From Octopus vulgaris (Eukaryota), in NCBI GenBank assembly GCA_951406725.2, contig OX597829.1, positions 35,898,001-35,962,000 of the forward strand: DNA of 64,000 bases, read 5' to 3'. Below the pieces are notes generated by a model. It was given only the letters and a program-made list of their open reading frames with translations. It was not told the origin of the DNA and did not search any database. The translations under genes and the position numbers were made by a program. Positions 26,250-38,070 of the stretch are shown in pieces; within the stretch, counting starts at the first letter, position 1; every line of letters starts with the position of its first letter.

Positions 26250-27520
26250 TGACAAGTATGGTGCTAGAAAATGGGACAAAAATCATTAGGTATGTGTTAT
26301 TCAAAGGGTAAGATCCATTTACTTATAACTGAGCCACCACAACCTATACGGGATCTTGGGTACTACTTCAGAATCGAAATATCTTCTATAAAACATTCAT
26401 GCATAGAATTGAGCATTGCAAAATGAAGTGTTTTGAGGCAAAAATTATTCAGGAAAGTGAGGTTACGCCGACTTTCAAAGTACAGAGGAAAATTTATCAC
26501 AGAATTGGCTCACTTAAGCCTTTACAAAATGAAAAGCTACAATTTTTACAGATCTGTTTTATAAGTGACATTCAAAAAGTATCAGAATGTTGCAACAAGA
26601 ACTAATTAAGTATGAGGATAGAACTTATTTCCTCTCGATTTAATGAAGTGGCATTTAGTATGACTGACAAAGAATGTGACAAGCGAGATGTTGTTTTGAA
26701 GTGCTATGAGAATAGCATCAAATTCATAATTGAAACTTATCGTTCATACGATACTTTACAATACCCCCTCGCTTTTCGTCAATGGAGAAGACGGACGGAA
26801 ACCACTTTGGTATACTATAAATTAGTGGAATCACTTCCAAGGAACTGTATACTTTATGGATTATTATGTTTATCGACTGATGATACGAAGTAATTCATTT
26901 AATCATCTTCATTACTGTCAAGTTCTATTTCACCAGTATGTTGCTGATAAGTGTGCCAAGACAGAGTTGCAGAGATTGTATTACAAAAACCGCGTGAAAA
27001 AGAACTACGTTCACAATCGTACATGCATTTACAAGATAGCGTTAATAACGATATTGCAGGGTCAGAGCTTGGAAAACTTTGTATCCTTCCTTCCAGTTTT
27101 ACATGAAGCAGAAGATATATGTATGAAAGACGCAGTATGCTATGATTTATGTACGTAATTAAGGACGTCCTGATCTTTTTATCACTTACACTTGCAATCG
27201 TAAATGGGACAAAATCTAAACGGAGCTTCTTCCATGACGGTTCTACACCAGTAGACAGGATCTAATTGCAAGAGTTTTTCATTTCAAGGTTTCCAAATTG
27301 ACAATCCCTATAAGGAAGTTTTACATATTTCGACATGTACGCAGCTTACATGTGCGCAATTGAATAGCAAGAAAGAGGCCTGCCTCTTGCAGATATCTGG
27401 CTTTAGGAGAAAATTCATCGTAATGACATTGATTCCATAATATCAGCGAATATTCCAAACCTCACAAATGACAAAGAACTTCATGAAATTGTAAAATTGA
27501 ACATGTGGCTACCTCAACCC
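26250..27520 (+). pseudogene. Helitron Rep (HUH) domain remnant
   Basis: FKVQRKIYHRIGSL, RSYDTLQYPL, YYVYRLMIR..LFHQYVAD, ILPSSF, GRPDLFITYTCN, DLIARVF, RGLP; many stops. Confidence 0.9.
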
Positions 27521-28020
27521 AAGTGCACATTTCGTCTCTGTCTGTCTGTCTCTCCATCTCCCCATCTCTCTGTATATATACAGCAATCATTTGCCATATC
27601 GCAGTTCACCTATCGCAGTTTCTTATTTAAGCTTACGTCGATTCCTCTGTGGTGTTGTTTTGCGTTTATAACAAAATAAATATTTAAAAATTATAAAAAT
27701 AATTAGGTGAATGTATATTTAACGACTTAGCATTCTTTGGAATACGGTAATTGTACAATCTTCTTCATCTAGTATTAATTCCATCGTCGAAGAAATCAAG
27801 CTTACTTGTTTGCATAAATGTGTGTTCGGCATTATACAATGAAATCATATATTCACAGATTGCAAACAAAGAAAGCTAGGCACTGTATATACACATTTAT
27901 ATGTGTGTATATAAATTTATATTTATATGCACATGTATATATATATATATATGTATATATAAATAAGAAAAAGGGACAGGCAACAGGTTGCTTGGCCGCA
28001 TATATATATATATATATATG

Positions 28021-28800
28021 ATTAAATATAGGATAAAATCTATATATGAATTTATCTATTCTGCGTGAAAACCATATAAGGGAAAAATTTATAATTATTC
28101 CCTTTAAATACATTTATGTGTCTTGATTATGCCTGCACTGAAAGTGGATTATGTACACTAACTATGAAATTATGATTTGCAACTAAATCTGTTTTAAAAG
28201 GCGACTTCCAAGCTGCATTCTCTCGCTGTCGGTACACTGTATATTTATTATGGTAGTTTGGACTTCAAGAGTCCCTCATAGCATGAAGCATTTACGTGTA
28301 GTAAAGCCCTTAATATAATAAATGTATTTAAAGAGAATAATTATAAATTTTTCCTTTATATGGTTTTCACACTGACTACTGGATCAATTCTTATGTAGAT
28401 TTTATCCTATATTTAATATTAAATTTAACCGAAATATATTCAGTGCTGAATTATTCCGAATATGCGCATGTACCGAGAAGTAATTTGAAAAGCCCGCCTC
28501 TTACATAGATATATAAGTATGAACATTTAAATGTGCTATGTTGGATACATTTGGTTTTCGTCTGGTATATTGAATTTTGTTCATTTTTATGTGTCTTGAT
28601 TATGCCTGCATTGACGACTAGAAAGTGGATTATGTACACTAACTATGAACTCATATGATTTGCGGCTGAATCTGTTTTTAAGGGACGGATTCCAAGTTGT
28701 ATTTCCTCGATGTCGATACACTGTATATTTATTGTGGTAGTTTTGACTTTAAGAGTCTCTCATAGCGTGAGGCATTTACGTGTCGTAATGTCCTAAATAT
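28021..28800. repeat. Inverted arms (28021-28117 / 28318-28417) plus a direct repeat (28115-28310 / 28588-28795)
   Basis: taaatataggataaaatct...aaatacatttat inverted; gtgtcttgattatgcctgca...catttacgtg present twice. Confidence 0.85.
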
Positions 28801-29108
28801 AATATAGTATAATATATATATACATATATGCATACACTTACATATATATATATGTATATGTATATGTATATATGTGTATGTATGTGTATATAGAATGTTT
28901 ATTGAAGGTATATACATATATGCACATACAATGGAACTACCGACCAACATAAATACATGCATACATAGGCAGACTTCATTCAATTTGCGTCAAGCAAATC
29001 TACTCACAAGGATGTGGTTGGCCCAGAAGTATATATAGAAGACATTTACTCACTGTAACTATCGACGCCTGTGCATACATGTGAGTGTGTGTATATATGT
29101 ATACATAT

Positions 29109-29191
<83 letters not shown>

Positions 29192-29944
29192 TGTCTGAAG
29201 TTCTGTACAGAATTTTGGAAAATTATTTATTTATTAGCACGTTTGCGCTTTCATCTCATTCGTTCAATACACACCCACATACACATTCATCTTTACTCTG
29301 TGCTATTCAGTAGTAGTATTGTTCACCCTGTGCTATCCAGTAGTAATATTATACGTACTTCCAAGTTTGCGCTAGGGCATCTGCCGTGTATAAATAGATA
29401 ACTGAAAAAATTGGAGTCAACAACAAGGGGTACGGTTGGACATTTATGTTTCCGTGCAATGCAGTTCTCCAGGAGTGCAGGTACTTGATTATGCAACCGT
29501 TTCCTGCATTATCAGATCTAGCTGTGTTTCCTCAGGCGATATGTAAATATTGTCTCCGTAAGTTTAAAATCCTCGGCTTCAAGCACACCCTCTCTGCCTG
29601 TCGTGGCCTGAATTTAGTAGTAGTAATTGAGCTTATCAGGATGTTGGCAAACTGATTTGAAAGTGTAGATAAAGTGGGATGCTGATTCTGGTACTGTCAA
29701 AGTGGTTACCGTTTTAAAGGGATTGACATTTGATTTCTTTCATGGTTAGTTACACATGCGATTGTCCTTAGCTGACCTTTAAGATTCAACGCACAGATAC
29801 ACACGCAAACGCACATACACACACATACATACGTACATACATACATACATATATACATACATACATACATACATACATACATACATACATACATACATAC
29901 ATACATACATACATACATACATACATACAACATACATACATACA

Positions 29945-30565
29945 GTAACTGTGTCTCGAATTTCGTCATGAAGACATTAACGAAATTAACTGTCATTGTG
30001 GTATCCATGGCGCAACCCCTCGTCTGATGGTAAAACTTTTGTTCAAACTTCATTGTGTTACTTTGTAACACAAACCTCAATAGCCTACAGAGAAAATTAG
30101 ACCGTTTATCGAAAATTAGACCGTTTATCGAAGGCTTTCATGCATGCTTTACCCCTTCATCGTGGTCAATATTGGGATATAAGGAAGCAAGTTGATGTTA
30201 GGCATAAAATCAACAGTAACTCGAACATAGGGACTTCATTTTCTCGCGCCAGGGAGCAGAAAGCCACCAGCCACTCTGAAATTTTGGTTGTACAAGATTC
30301 ACATCCACTGTAACTTGGGCGCATTAAAGGAAATCTTTCGAACTATTTGTGTATTTTCGGGAGACCATAAAATATAGGTGTTCTTCTTTCTGACCGTGAA
30401 ATCCTGGATTCGGCCTTATTAATGAAATTGTTTGCCTCCATTTCCAGAAGTATTTTGTCAAGTTCATCACTGTAATTGGCGTTTGGATCGGCAGGTAATT
30501 CTTCATATGAAGTTTTGCAATCGACATAGCTGTGATCAGCAAGGAAATTCAAGCTTTCACGCATA
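29945..30565 (-). pseudogene. Inverted Penelope RT fragment (5' inversion of the element at 30565-31508)
   Basis: RTPIFYGLPKIHK, SLYPNIDH, FYHQTRGCAMDT. Confidence 0.9.
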
Positions 30566-31508
30566 CTTTTATCAAACTAACTGGCACCGAAAATTCGCTG
30601 ACATTTCAAAAGCGTTACATGAAAGTTACCAGCATGTTGCGGAAAAACATCTTCGTTCCAAACAGATATTTCCCCAACGGTCTATTGTAGACTTTCGTCA
30701 GAATAAACATAGAGAGTTATTAACCTCTATTTCTGACTCCAAGAAAACTATCATTGGAGTTTCTGAACGCGATAACTTGTAAAATAGCCGCAAGAGCGCT
30801 AAGCTCTGTTCATTGTGCAACAACATGAGTCATATCTATTCCATCAGGAATCATAACAGACGTTTTATGATATACATGGAAGGTAAGATGAGTAGAGATT
30901 CCCATTTGGTGTACGCAGCAGAATGCACGAATCACAACTTGGTTTATGTTGGTTGTACAACAGAACAATTAAACAAAAGATTCAATGGGCACACATATGA
31001 CATCAGGCACATTAACAGTAGTCCGACAGAACATGCCAAACATCTTACATCAAACGGCTGCAATTTTGAAAAAGACTTGAAAGTGCATATTCTCAGGAAA
31101 TATTCTGAATCTGCTACACTTTTAGTCCTCAAAATCCATGAGGAGAAATATGATCGTGAGTTATTAACATCATAGCCTGGAGGGATGAATAAAATGACAG
31201 AATTTCATCATATTTACACAAAACTGTTTCATTGAATATTCTTCTTTTTCTTTCTTTTATTCTTTTTGCTCATTCTTTCGTTTTTCTTTTTGCCAGTTGT
31301 AAACTTGAAAATTGAAGACTGATGATGTCATTCCATCCACGTGGGAACTCTGGTTGCCTCGTTCAAATTTTGTATTTGAATTTCTATAATTTTGAATTTG
31401 TATCAATTACTTTTCATTTTGAAGTCGACAAAGACAGGCTAGTTGTCGAAATATCGTTCAACCAATAAAACATTTATTGCAATCGCATTGCGCTCTTCGC
31501 GTTGTTTT
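30565..31508 (+). mobile_element. Penelope-like element 3' part (GIY-YIG plus pLTR)
   Basis: HLVYAAECTNHNLVYVGCTTEQLNKRFNGH; homolog at 42397-43950. Confidence 0.92.
31419..31461 (+). ncRNA. Minimal type I hammerhead-like motif (core UCGACAA)
   Basis: UUGAAG-UCGACAA-A-GACAG-gcuag-UUGUC-GAAA-UA-UC-GUUCAA, followed by AATAAA. Confidence 0.6.
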
Positions 31509-31527
31509 ATAATAATAATAATAATAA

Positions 31528-31592
<65 letters not shown>

Positions 31593-31599
31593 ATAATAA

Positions 31600-32200
31600 T
31601 GAGAGAGCTCCGCGCTAAATAACAACATGGATGTGCTACTCAGTCTCTCCACACAAAAACAAATCTAATCTAATAACATCGGTGTAATGGGATAAAAAAA
31701 AACATGGAAGACTTGAAGGAATGAAAATAATCGCAAGAACGAAATTTTACTGCCATGCAAAACAAAGTTTCTTCCATGCACGATGTCTCAGTGAAACCTG
31801 TGCAAAAGGCACATGCAAAATCAACATCGGAAAATTTACAAATCATAAAATATAAGTGGAACAAAACAGCAAGTACGTAAATTGATTAATTACGCACACA
31901 CTCGAATGTCTACACAATCATATATAAATTTTAATACCCATAGGCCTACACATACATCCCAATGTCCACACAACTACTTGAATTTTACAGGACACGCATA
32001 CATGCATGCGAAAGCACGTGTCACAAACGAAGTAAAAAAATTACAAAATAATTTTTTATTTTTCGAGCTAACACAAAAGGAAAAATTTATAAGGTTAAAG
32101 CAACACAAAAAACTATGCCCGGAGTTATATCTGTTAACAACGAAAAGTACAAAAGAATACAAATCTGTTAGCCTTAAGAAGCGACGTTACGAACAATGTT
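31600..32200 (+). pseudogene. Probable Penelope ORF N-terminal remnant (tandem downstream copy)
   Basis: FFHARCLSETCAKGTCKI resembles the PLE N-terminal motif FLxxCLxxxxxPKG. Confidence 0.45.
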
Positions 32201-35200
32201 TTGATTCAGAGAACTCGGAGGCGCTCTTGTCTCAAAAAATTAGTCCAAAATACAAATCGGATTGGCCGTCACCCGTATCAACAAGGGCCACACACCCCAA
32301 TGAGGAACCAGGCTGAGTACGAAAGATCAGCTACTGGTTCAATTCTTACCGAAACACAGGAGCTGGAAATACTCCATAACCGGAATGTTCCAACAGATGG
32401 CTAGCCACGCTAGGCATCAAATAACCAAAAGAAAAAAAAAGAATGAAAAATAGCCAAATAGAGATAATAACGTAGTTCTTAAGGCCATCTATTTCCCCAC
32501 AAATAAATCTGATACTGTACAAACCTACCTAAACTGGGGACAGAAGCACCTTGAAGTAAGGCCCTACATAGTAACAAACTTGCCAACACCTGAAGAAACT
32601 GTATGAAAAAGAAATTATTAACTGAATTAGAGATTGACCAAATTAAACAGTCAGTAAGGGATAAAAGGAACGAAGTTGCAGCTAAAGAAGATACTACAGA
32701 GGAAATAATTATAGACTAACCCAAGTCTGATGAAAATTCAGTAGTGATAGAAAGAGTCAATGTAACTGATAAGCAAAGTGAAATTACTCTCTGAACCCAC
32801 CATAAACACCAAGTCAGATTAAAATCAAATAGATGAAGAAAGACACACAGAAATTGACCCAACTGAACTAAATGATCTAAAAAAAAAAACAAATCATGAT
32901 TGAATGGCTGAAAATTAAAGAAACTAGAATGAATGAACGTGACACTCTCAAAAATTCGTAACTCTAACCAAAACCTGAAGGTAATTCGTTCAATATGCTT
33001 GTACTTAAGGATATAATTTCAGCTAATGATATTGATATTACAGATTTGAACCACTTGTATTATGCATCCGCGAAAATCTCAACGATTCTATGAGGTGAAA
33101 AGAATAGAAAACGACAACATCCCCACAAAAAGCCTATTTGGCATGAGTGTGTTCAACACCAAATATTCTGGCATCGGATATTTAAAAACCTTAAGTTTGA
33201 CAAGACTATGACACCAACAAAAATCCGAAAATTAAAGAAGAAATATAATATGAAAACCATACACGACATCAATACCACCGTAGAAACTATCAAGCAAAAG
33301 GAAGGTGTTAAAGATGTCCGCATAGCATGGTATGAAAAGCGCGTAAGATCCTTCAAAGACAACATGTTCAAACATAAGCCAAAACTTTTTCGAGAGGTAA
33401 TGCACCACTTACAGTAAAGTCTGTCCCATCAAAAGAAGTGCAGGAATTTTGGAATAAAATTTGGAAAAAAAAAAACACACACAATGAAAAGGCCTCTCAG
33501 ATTGATAGAATATCTACTGACTTAGACTCTAAAAGTGGGAGAGTATCAAGGTAGAGGGTGTAAGATCTGCTCTCAGGAAGTCAAGCAAATGGAAGTCTCC
33601 AGGAAAGGATAAAATTCCTAACTTCTGGTTGAATACCTTCCCAGAGAGCCATAAACTGCTAACAAAACTTTACAACACTGTTTTGCAACATCTTAGTATG
33701 ATCCCCTCCTGGCTAGTTAATAGTTTAACATTCCCACTTCCAGAAAATGAAGAAGCAAATGAATCAAAAAATTATCGACCCATAACCTCCTTAGCAACAA
33801 TGTATAAAATACTAAACATCTGTCTTGACTGAATATACTTATAGTTTTTTAATAGAAAGTGGCATATTCCCTAATGAGCAAATATGATGTAAACGTAGGT
33901 CCTATGGTTATAAATATCAGTTATTCATCAATAAGATGATCTTGGAAGATTGTCACACACGAAGCAAACATTTGTCGATAGCCTGGATAGACTATAAAAA
34001 AGCTTTTGATAGCCTATCATATAGCTGGATTAAGAAATGTCTGGAAATGTATAAAATAGCACCTACTCTGCGAAACATTTTGCCTGTAAGTATGAGATCA
34101 TGGAGAACCACACTGACTTTGAACAGTAACAATGAATCTCTCAATGCTGGGGATGTAAGAATTTCATGTTGACTCTCTATCACTACTTCGCTTTTGTCTA
34201 GCCTTAATACCTCTCTCAAAATTGTTCGATGATGTACAATGTAGCTAGAAAATGTTTGATAAAAATATAATTCATCTCTTTTACAGGGCTTACTAGCGAT
34301 TGTTAAACAGTTCAATGATGACATCAGGATGCAATTTGGTCTCGATAAATGTGCAAAAGCTACCTGTACCAGAGAAAAAAATGACAAAAACATCCAACTT
34401 TAATCTTAACCAGCAGAATGCCATAAAGGAGTTAAAACCAGCGGAGGGCTACAGATTCCTAGGAGTATTTGAAGGTGATAGAATCAAACATTCAGTGATG
34501 AGGGAAAGAATCAGAAAAGAATGTTTTTGCAGGGTAAGTACAGTATTCAAGACAAAGCTGAATGCAAACAACAGGATCGGAGCGATGAATAATTTAGCCA
34601 TACCGGTCATGACTGACAGTTTCAATATCATTAACTGGTCAATTACTAAAATATGTAATCTTGACAGAAAAATATGAAAATTGTTGACAATGCATAGAAC
34701 GTACCATCCTAATGCAGATACAGAACGACTTTACCTGCCAAGAAAATTGGGTGACCGTGGACTTTTACAACTGAAATTAACAATGAAGACTGCCACAATT
34801 GACGTAAACGCTTACCTGGAAAACTCTGATGACTGGATATTAAAACCCTAATCCTAATTCCAAATACAACAAATCCTAGAATTAGACGTACTGGAAACAA
34901 GCACAGTAAACGCTGAGTATATAAAAATCCGTGCTAAAACTGCTGCCTCGGATATTCTTACTGATAAATGGCAAGAAAAACATCTCAATGGCAAATACCC
35001 AAAGAGAGCTAATAATGCCGATGTTGACAAAGTCCTTACCCATCAATGGTTAGTGTCTTCTTGCTTAAAAACAAAAACAGAAGGGTTTATCATAGCAGCC
35101 CAAGATTTATGCCTACTTGTAAGAAACTACCAGGCCAACATATTAAAGAACGGCAGCAGCCCAACATGTCATGTCAACAACAAAGTGAAGCCATTGATCA

Positions 35201-35879
35201 TTTTGTCCCCATGTGCAGTCTTCATGCGCCTACAGAGTATCTTAACAGGCATGATTGAGCAGCACAATATATTCACAGGGTAATTTGCATAAACCTCGAC
35301 CTGTCCCATGATAAAAACTGGTGGGAACACAAACAACTTCCAGTGCTTGAAAAGGATAACATCTCACTACTCTGGAACTTCACCATTCAAACTGACAGAA
35401 AGATAGATGCGAACAGGCCAGACATTATATTGAGGGTCTTCAGATAAAAATCATGCCTCCTCATTGATATAACTGTTCCAATCGACATAAATGTATCTGT
35501 CAAGACCTACCAAACATTGAGCAAGTTTAAAGAACCTGAAATAGAAATTAGCAAAATGTGAAATTTCAAGACTAAAACAATACCTGCTGTCATAGGCTGA
35601 TTCCTACTTAGCTCAGATACCAAGAAACCCAAAAATGGCAGAAATTCAAAAGATAGTGCTAATGGGAATTGTCTATATCCTACATAAAATACTGTCTATA
35701 TAATCTCAAAATTCAAAACAAACTTATAATTTCTTGTTTTTTTCAAACATTCTCTAGAACAACGCTATGTACAAAACCAAATATATGACACCCTAAGCAT
35801 AAAAACCAGCTTGAACTTCTTACTTGTCTCTGGTGGAGTCTTGGAGTCAACTTGTACAAATACAAAACAAAAGTCAAAC

Positions 35880-35880
<1 letters not shown>
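32200..35880 (+). mobile_element. R4/Dong-clade non-LTR retrotransposon, near full length, decayed
   Basis: WKSPGKDKIPNFWL, NYRPITSL, WIDYKKAFDSL, FGLDKCAK, AAQDLCL, ANRPDII (RLE); ends in (TAA)n. Confidence 0.92.
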
Positions 35881-35881
<1 letters not shown>

Positions 35882-35942
<61 letters not shown>

Positions 35943-36108
35943 TAATAATAATAATAATGATGATGATGACGACGACGACGACGACGATGACGACGACGAC
36001 GATGACGACGACGACGATGACGATGACGATGATGATGACGATGATGATGATGATGACGATGATGACGATGATGATGATGATGACGATGATGATGATGACG
36101 ATGATGAC

Positions 36109-36174
<66 letters not shown>

Positions 36175-36187
36175 AATAAAAATAATA
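35882..36187. repeat. (TAA)/(GAT)/(GAC)n compound tract
   Basis: Direct reading. Confidence 0.98.
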
Positions 36188-37963
36188 ACCTAAAACTATA
36201 CGCTGCAAATGACACACAGCTGGAAACACTTAAAGACAGTTCATGGATTTACCAAAGAAATAGATATGAAATTTGGATTAGAAAAATGCGCCAAAGTAAC
36301 CATGAAAAGAGGAAAACTAGTTAAGAGTAGCAACATCACACTAGATAAAACCAATGAAATAAAAGAATTAGACCAAGGCCAAACTTACAAATACTTAGGA
36401 ATCCATGAACCAGATAAGACACAACACACACAAATGAAAGAGAAAACAAAAAAAGAATATTATAGACGAGTTAGATCAATACTAAAAACAGAGCTCAATG
36501 ATAAAAACAAGATAATAGGTATTAACACTTTAGCCGTCCCAGTTATAAGTTACAGCTACAATATCCTTAACTGGACACTAAATAAACTGACCAAAATAGA
36601 TAGGAAAACAAGAAAAATAATGACAGGATCTAGGATGCATCACCCAAAATCTGACATAGAAAGACTATATATACAACGTATAGAACGTGGTAGAGGCCTT
36701 ATACAGCTGGAAAACTACTATAAAATAACCACAATAGAACTGCTAAAACATCTACTTCAGAAGGAAGGAAAACTGATACAAATAGCGGCAAAACACGAGC
36801 AAAACAAAAAACTGTTCTCAGTATTTAAGGAAGCTGACAAATACAAACAAGAAATCATACCACTTAACAAATATGAAGAAGAAGAAGAAGAAAAAGAAGA
36901 AGAAGAAGAAGAAGAAGAAGAAGAAGAAGAAGAAGAAGAAGAAGAAGAAGAAGAAGAAGAAGAAGAAGAAGAAGAAGAAGAAGAAGAAGAAGAAGAAGAA
37001 GAAGAAGAAGAAGAAGAAGAAGAAGAAGAAGAAGAAGAAGAAGAAGAAGAAGAAGAAGAAGAAGAAGAAGAAGAAGAAACGAACCATGATAAAACGATGG
37101 CAAGAAAAGCCCCTTCATGGCAAATACTGGACTAAACTAAATGCAAAAGAAATAGACAAAGAAAAATCCCAGCAATGGTTGAGAAGCTCAGGACTCAAAG
37201 CAGAGACAGAGGGATTTTTAATTGCAGTACAAGACCAAAGCCTCCCCACCAGAAATTACCAAAAACATGTAATGAAAAGAAATATAACAAGTAACTGCAG
37301 AATATGTGGAGATGGACAAGAAACAGCAAATCATATTATCTCTGGCTGCCCAGTCCTGGCTAAGAAGGAATATATTCACAAACACGACAGAGTTGGGACC
37401 TACATACACCGGAAGCTATGCCAACATTATGGAATAACAACAGAAAAAAGATGGTATAGGCACACACCACAAAAGGTCACAGAAAACGAGAAAGCAACCA
37501 TACTCTGGGATATGCCAATACACACAGATAGAGAAATTAAGGCCAACAGAGCAGATATAGTTGTCAGAGATCGTGAAGAATAAAAAATGCTTTCTAATTG
37601 ACGTATCAATACCAGCAGATGACAACGTGTCTCTAAAAGAAATGGAGAAACTTTCAAAATACAAAGACCTGGAAATAGAGGTAACCAGAATGTGGAATCT
37701 AAAAACAGAAACAATTCCTATCATAGTAGGTGCATTAGGCATGATAAAAAAATATTCAGACAAATACATAACAAAAACACCAGGACTTACAAACACATAT
37801 AACATACAGAAAATTGCACTACTAGGCACTGCACACATCCTACGCAGAACACTTTCCATACAATAACCATCAGAGCATCACAACAAATCACAGCACATAC
37901 CTAAGGCACACAGAGCTGCGCTCGTTAGTGAAGTGAAAGTACGCTATAAAAATAAAACTACTG
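36188..37963 (+). mobile_element. Second R4/Dong element, 5'-truncated, younger
   Basis: LKLYA, MKFGLEKCAK, CRICGDGQETANHIISGC (CCHC), ANRADIV, IDVSIP..KLSKY (RLE); (TAA)n tail. Confidence 0.95.
36875..37078 (+). repeat. (GAA)n expansion inside the Dong ORF
   Basis: About 200 bp of GAA repeats. Confidence 0.98.
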
Positions 37964-37976
37964 AATAATAATAATA

Positions 37977-38054
<78 letters not shown>

Positions 38055-38070
38055 CAACAACAACAATAAT

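Noticed and set aside
31319-31345. CTGATGA in the PLE 3' UTR
   Set aside because: The second copy reads CTGATGG within a simple hairpin, and there is no downstream GAAA.
32200-32300. Possible HDV-like ribozyme at the Dong-1 5' end
   Set aside because: Expected for some R4-clade elements, but I could not assemble the nested pseudoknot by eye.
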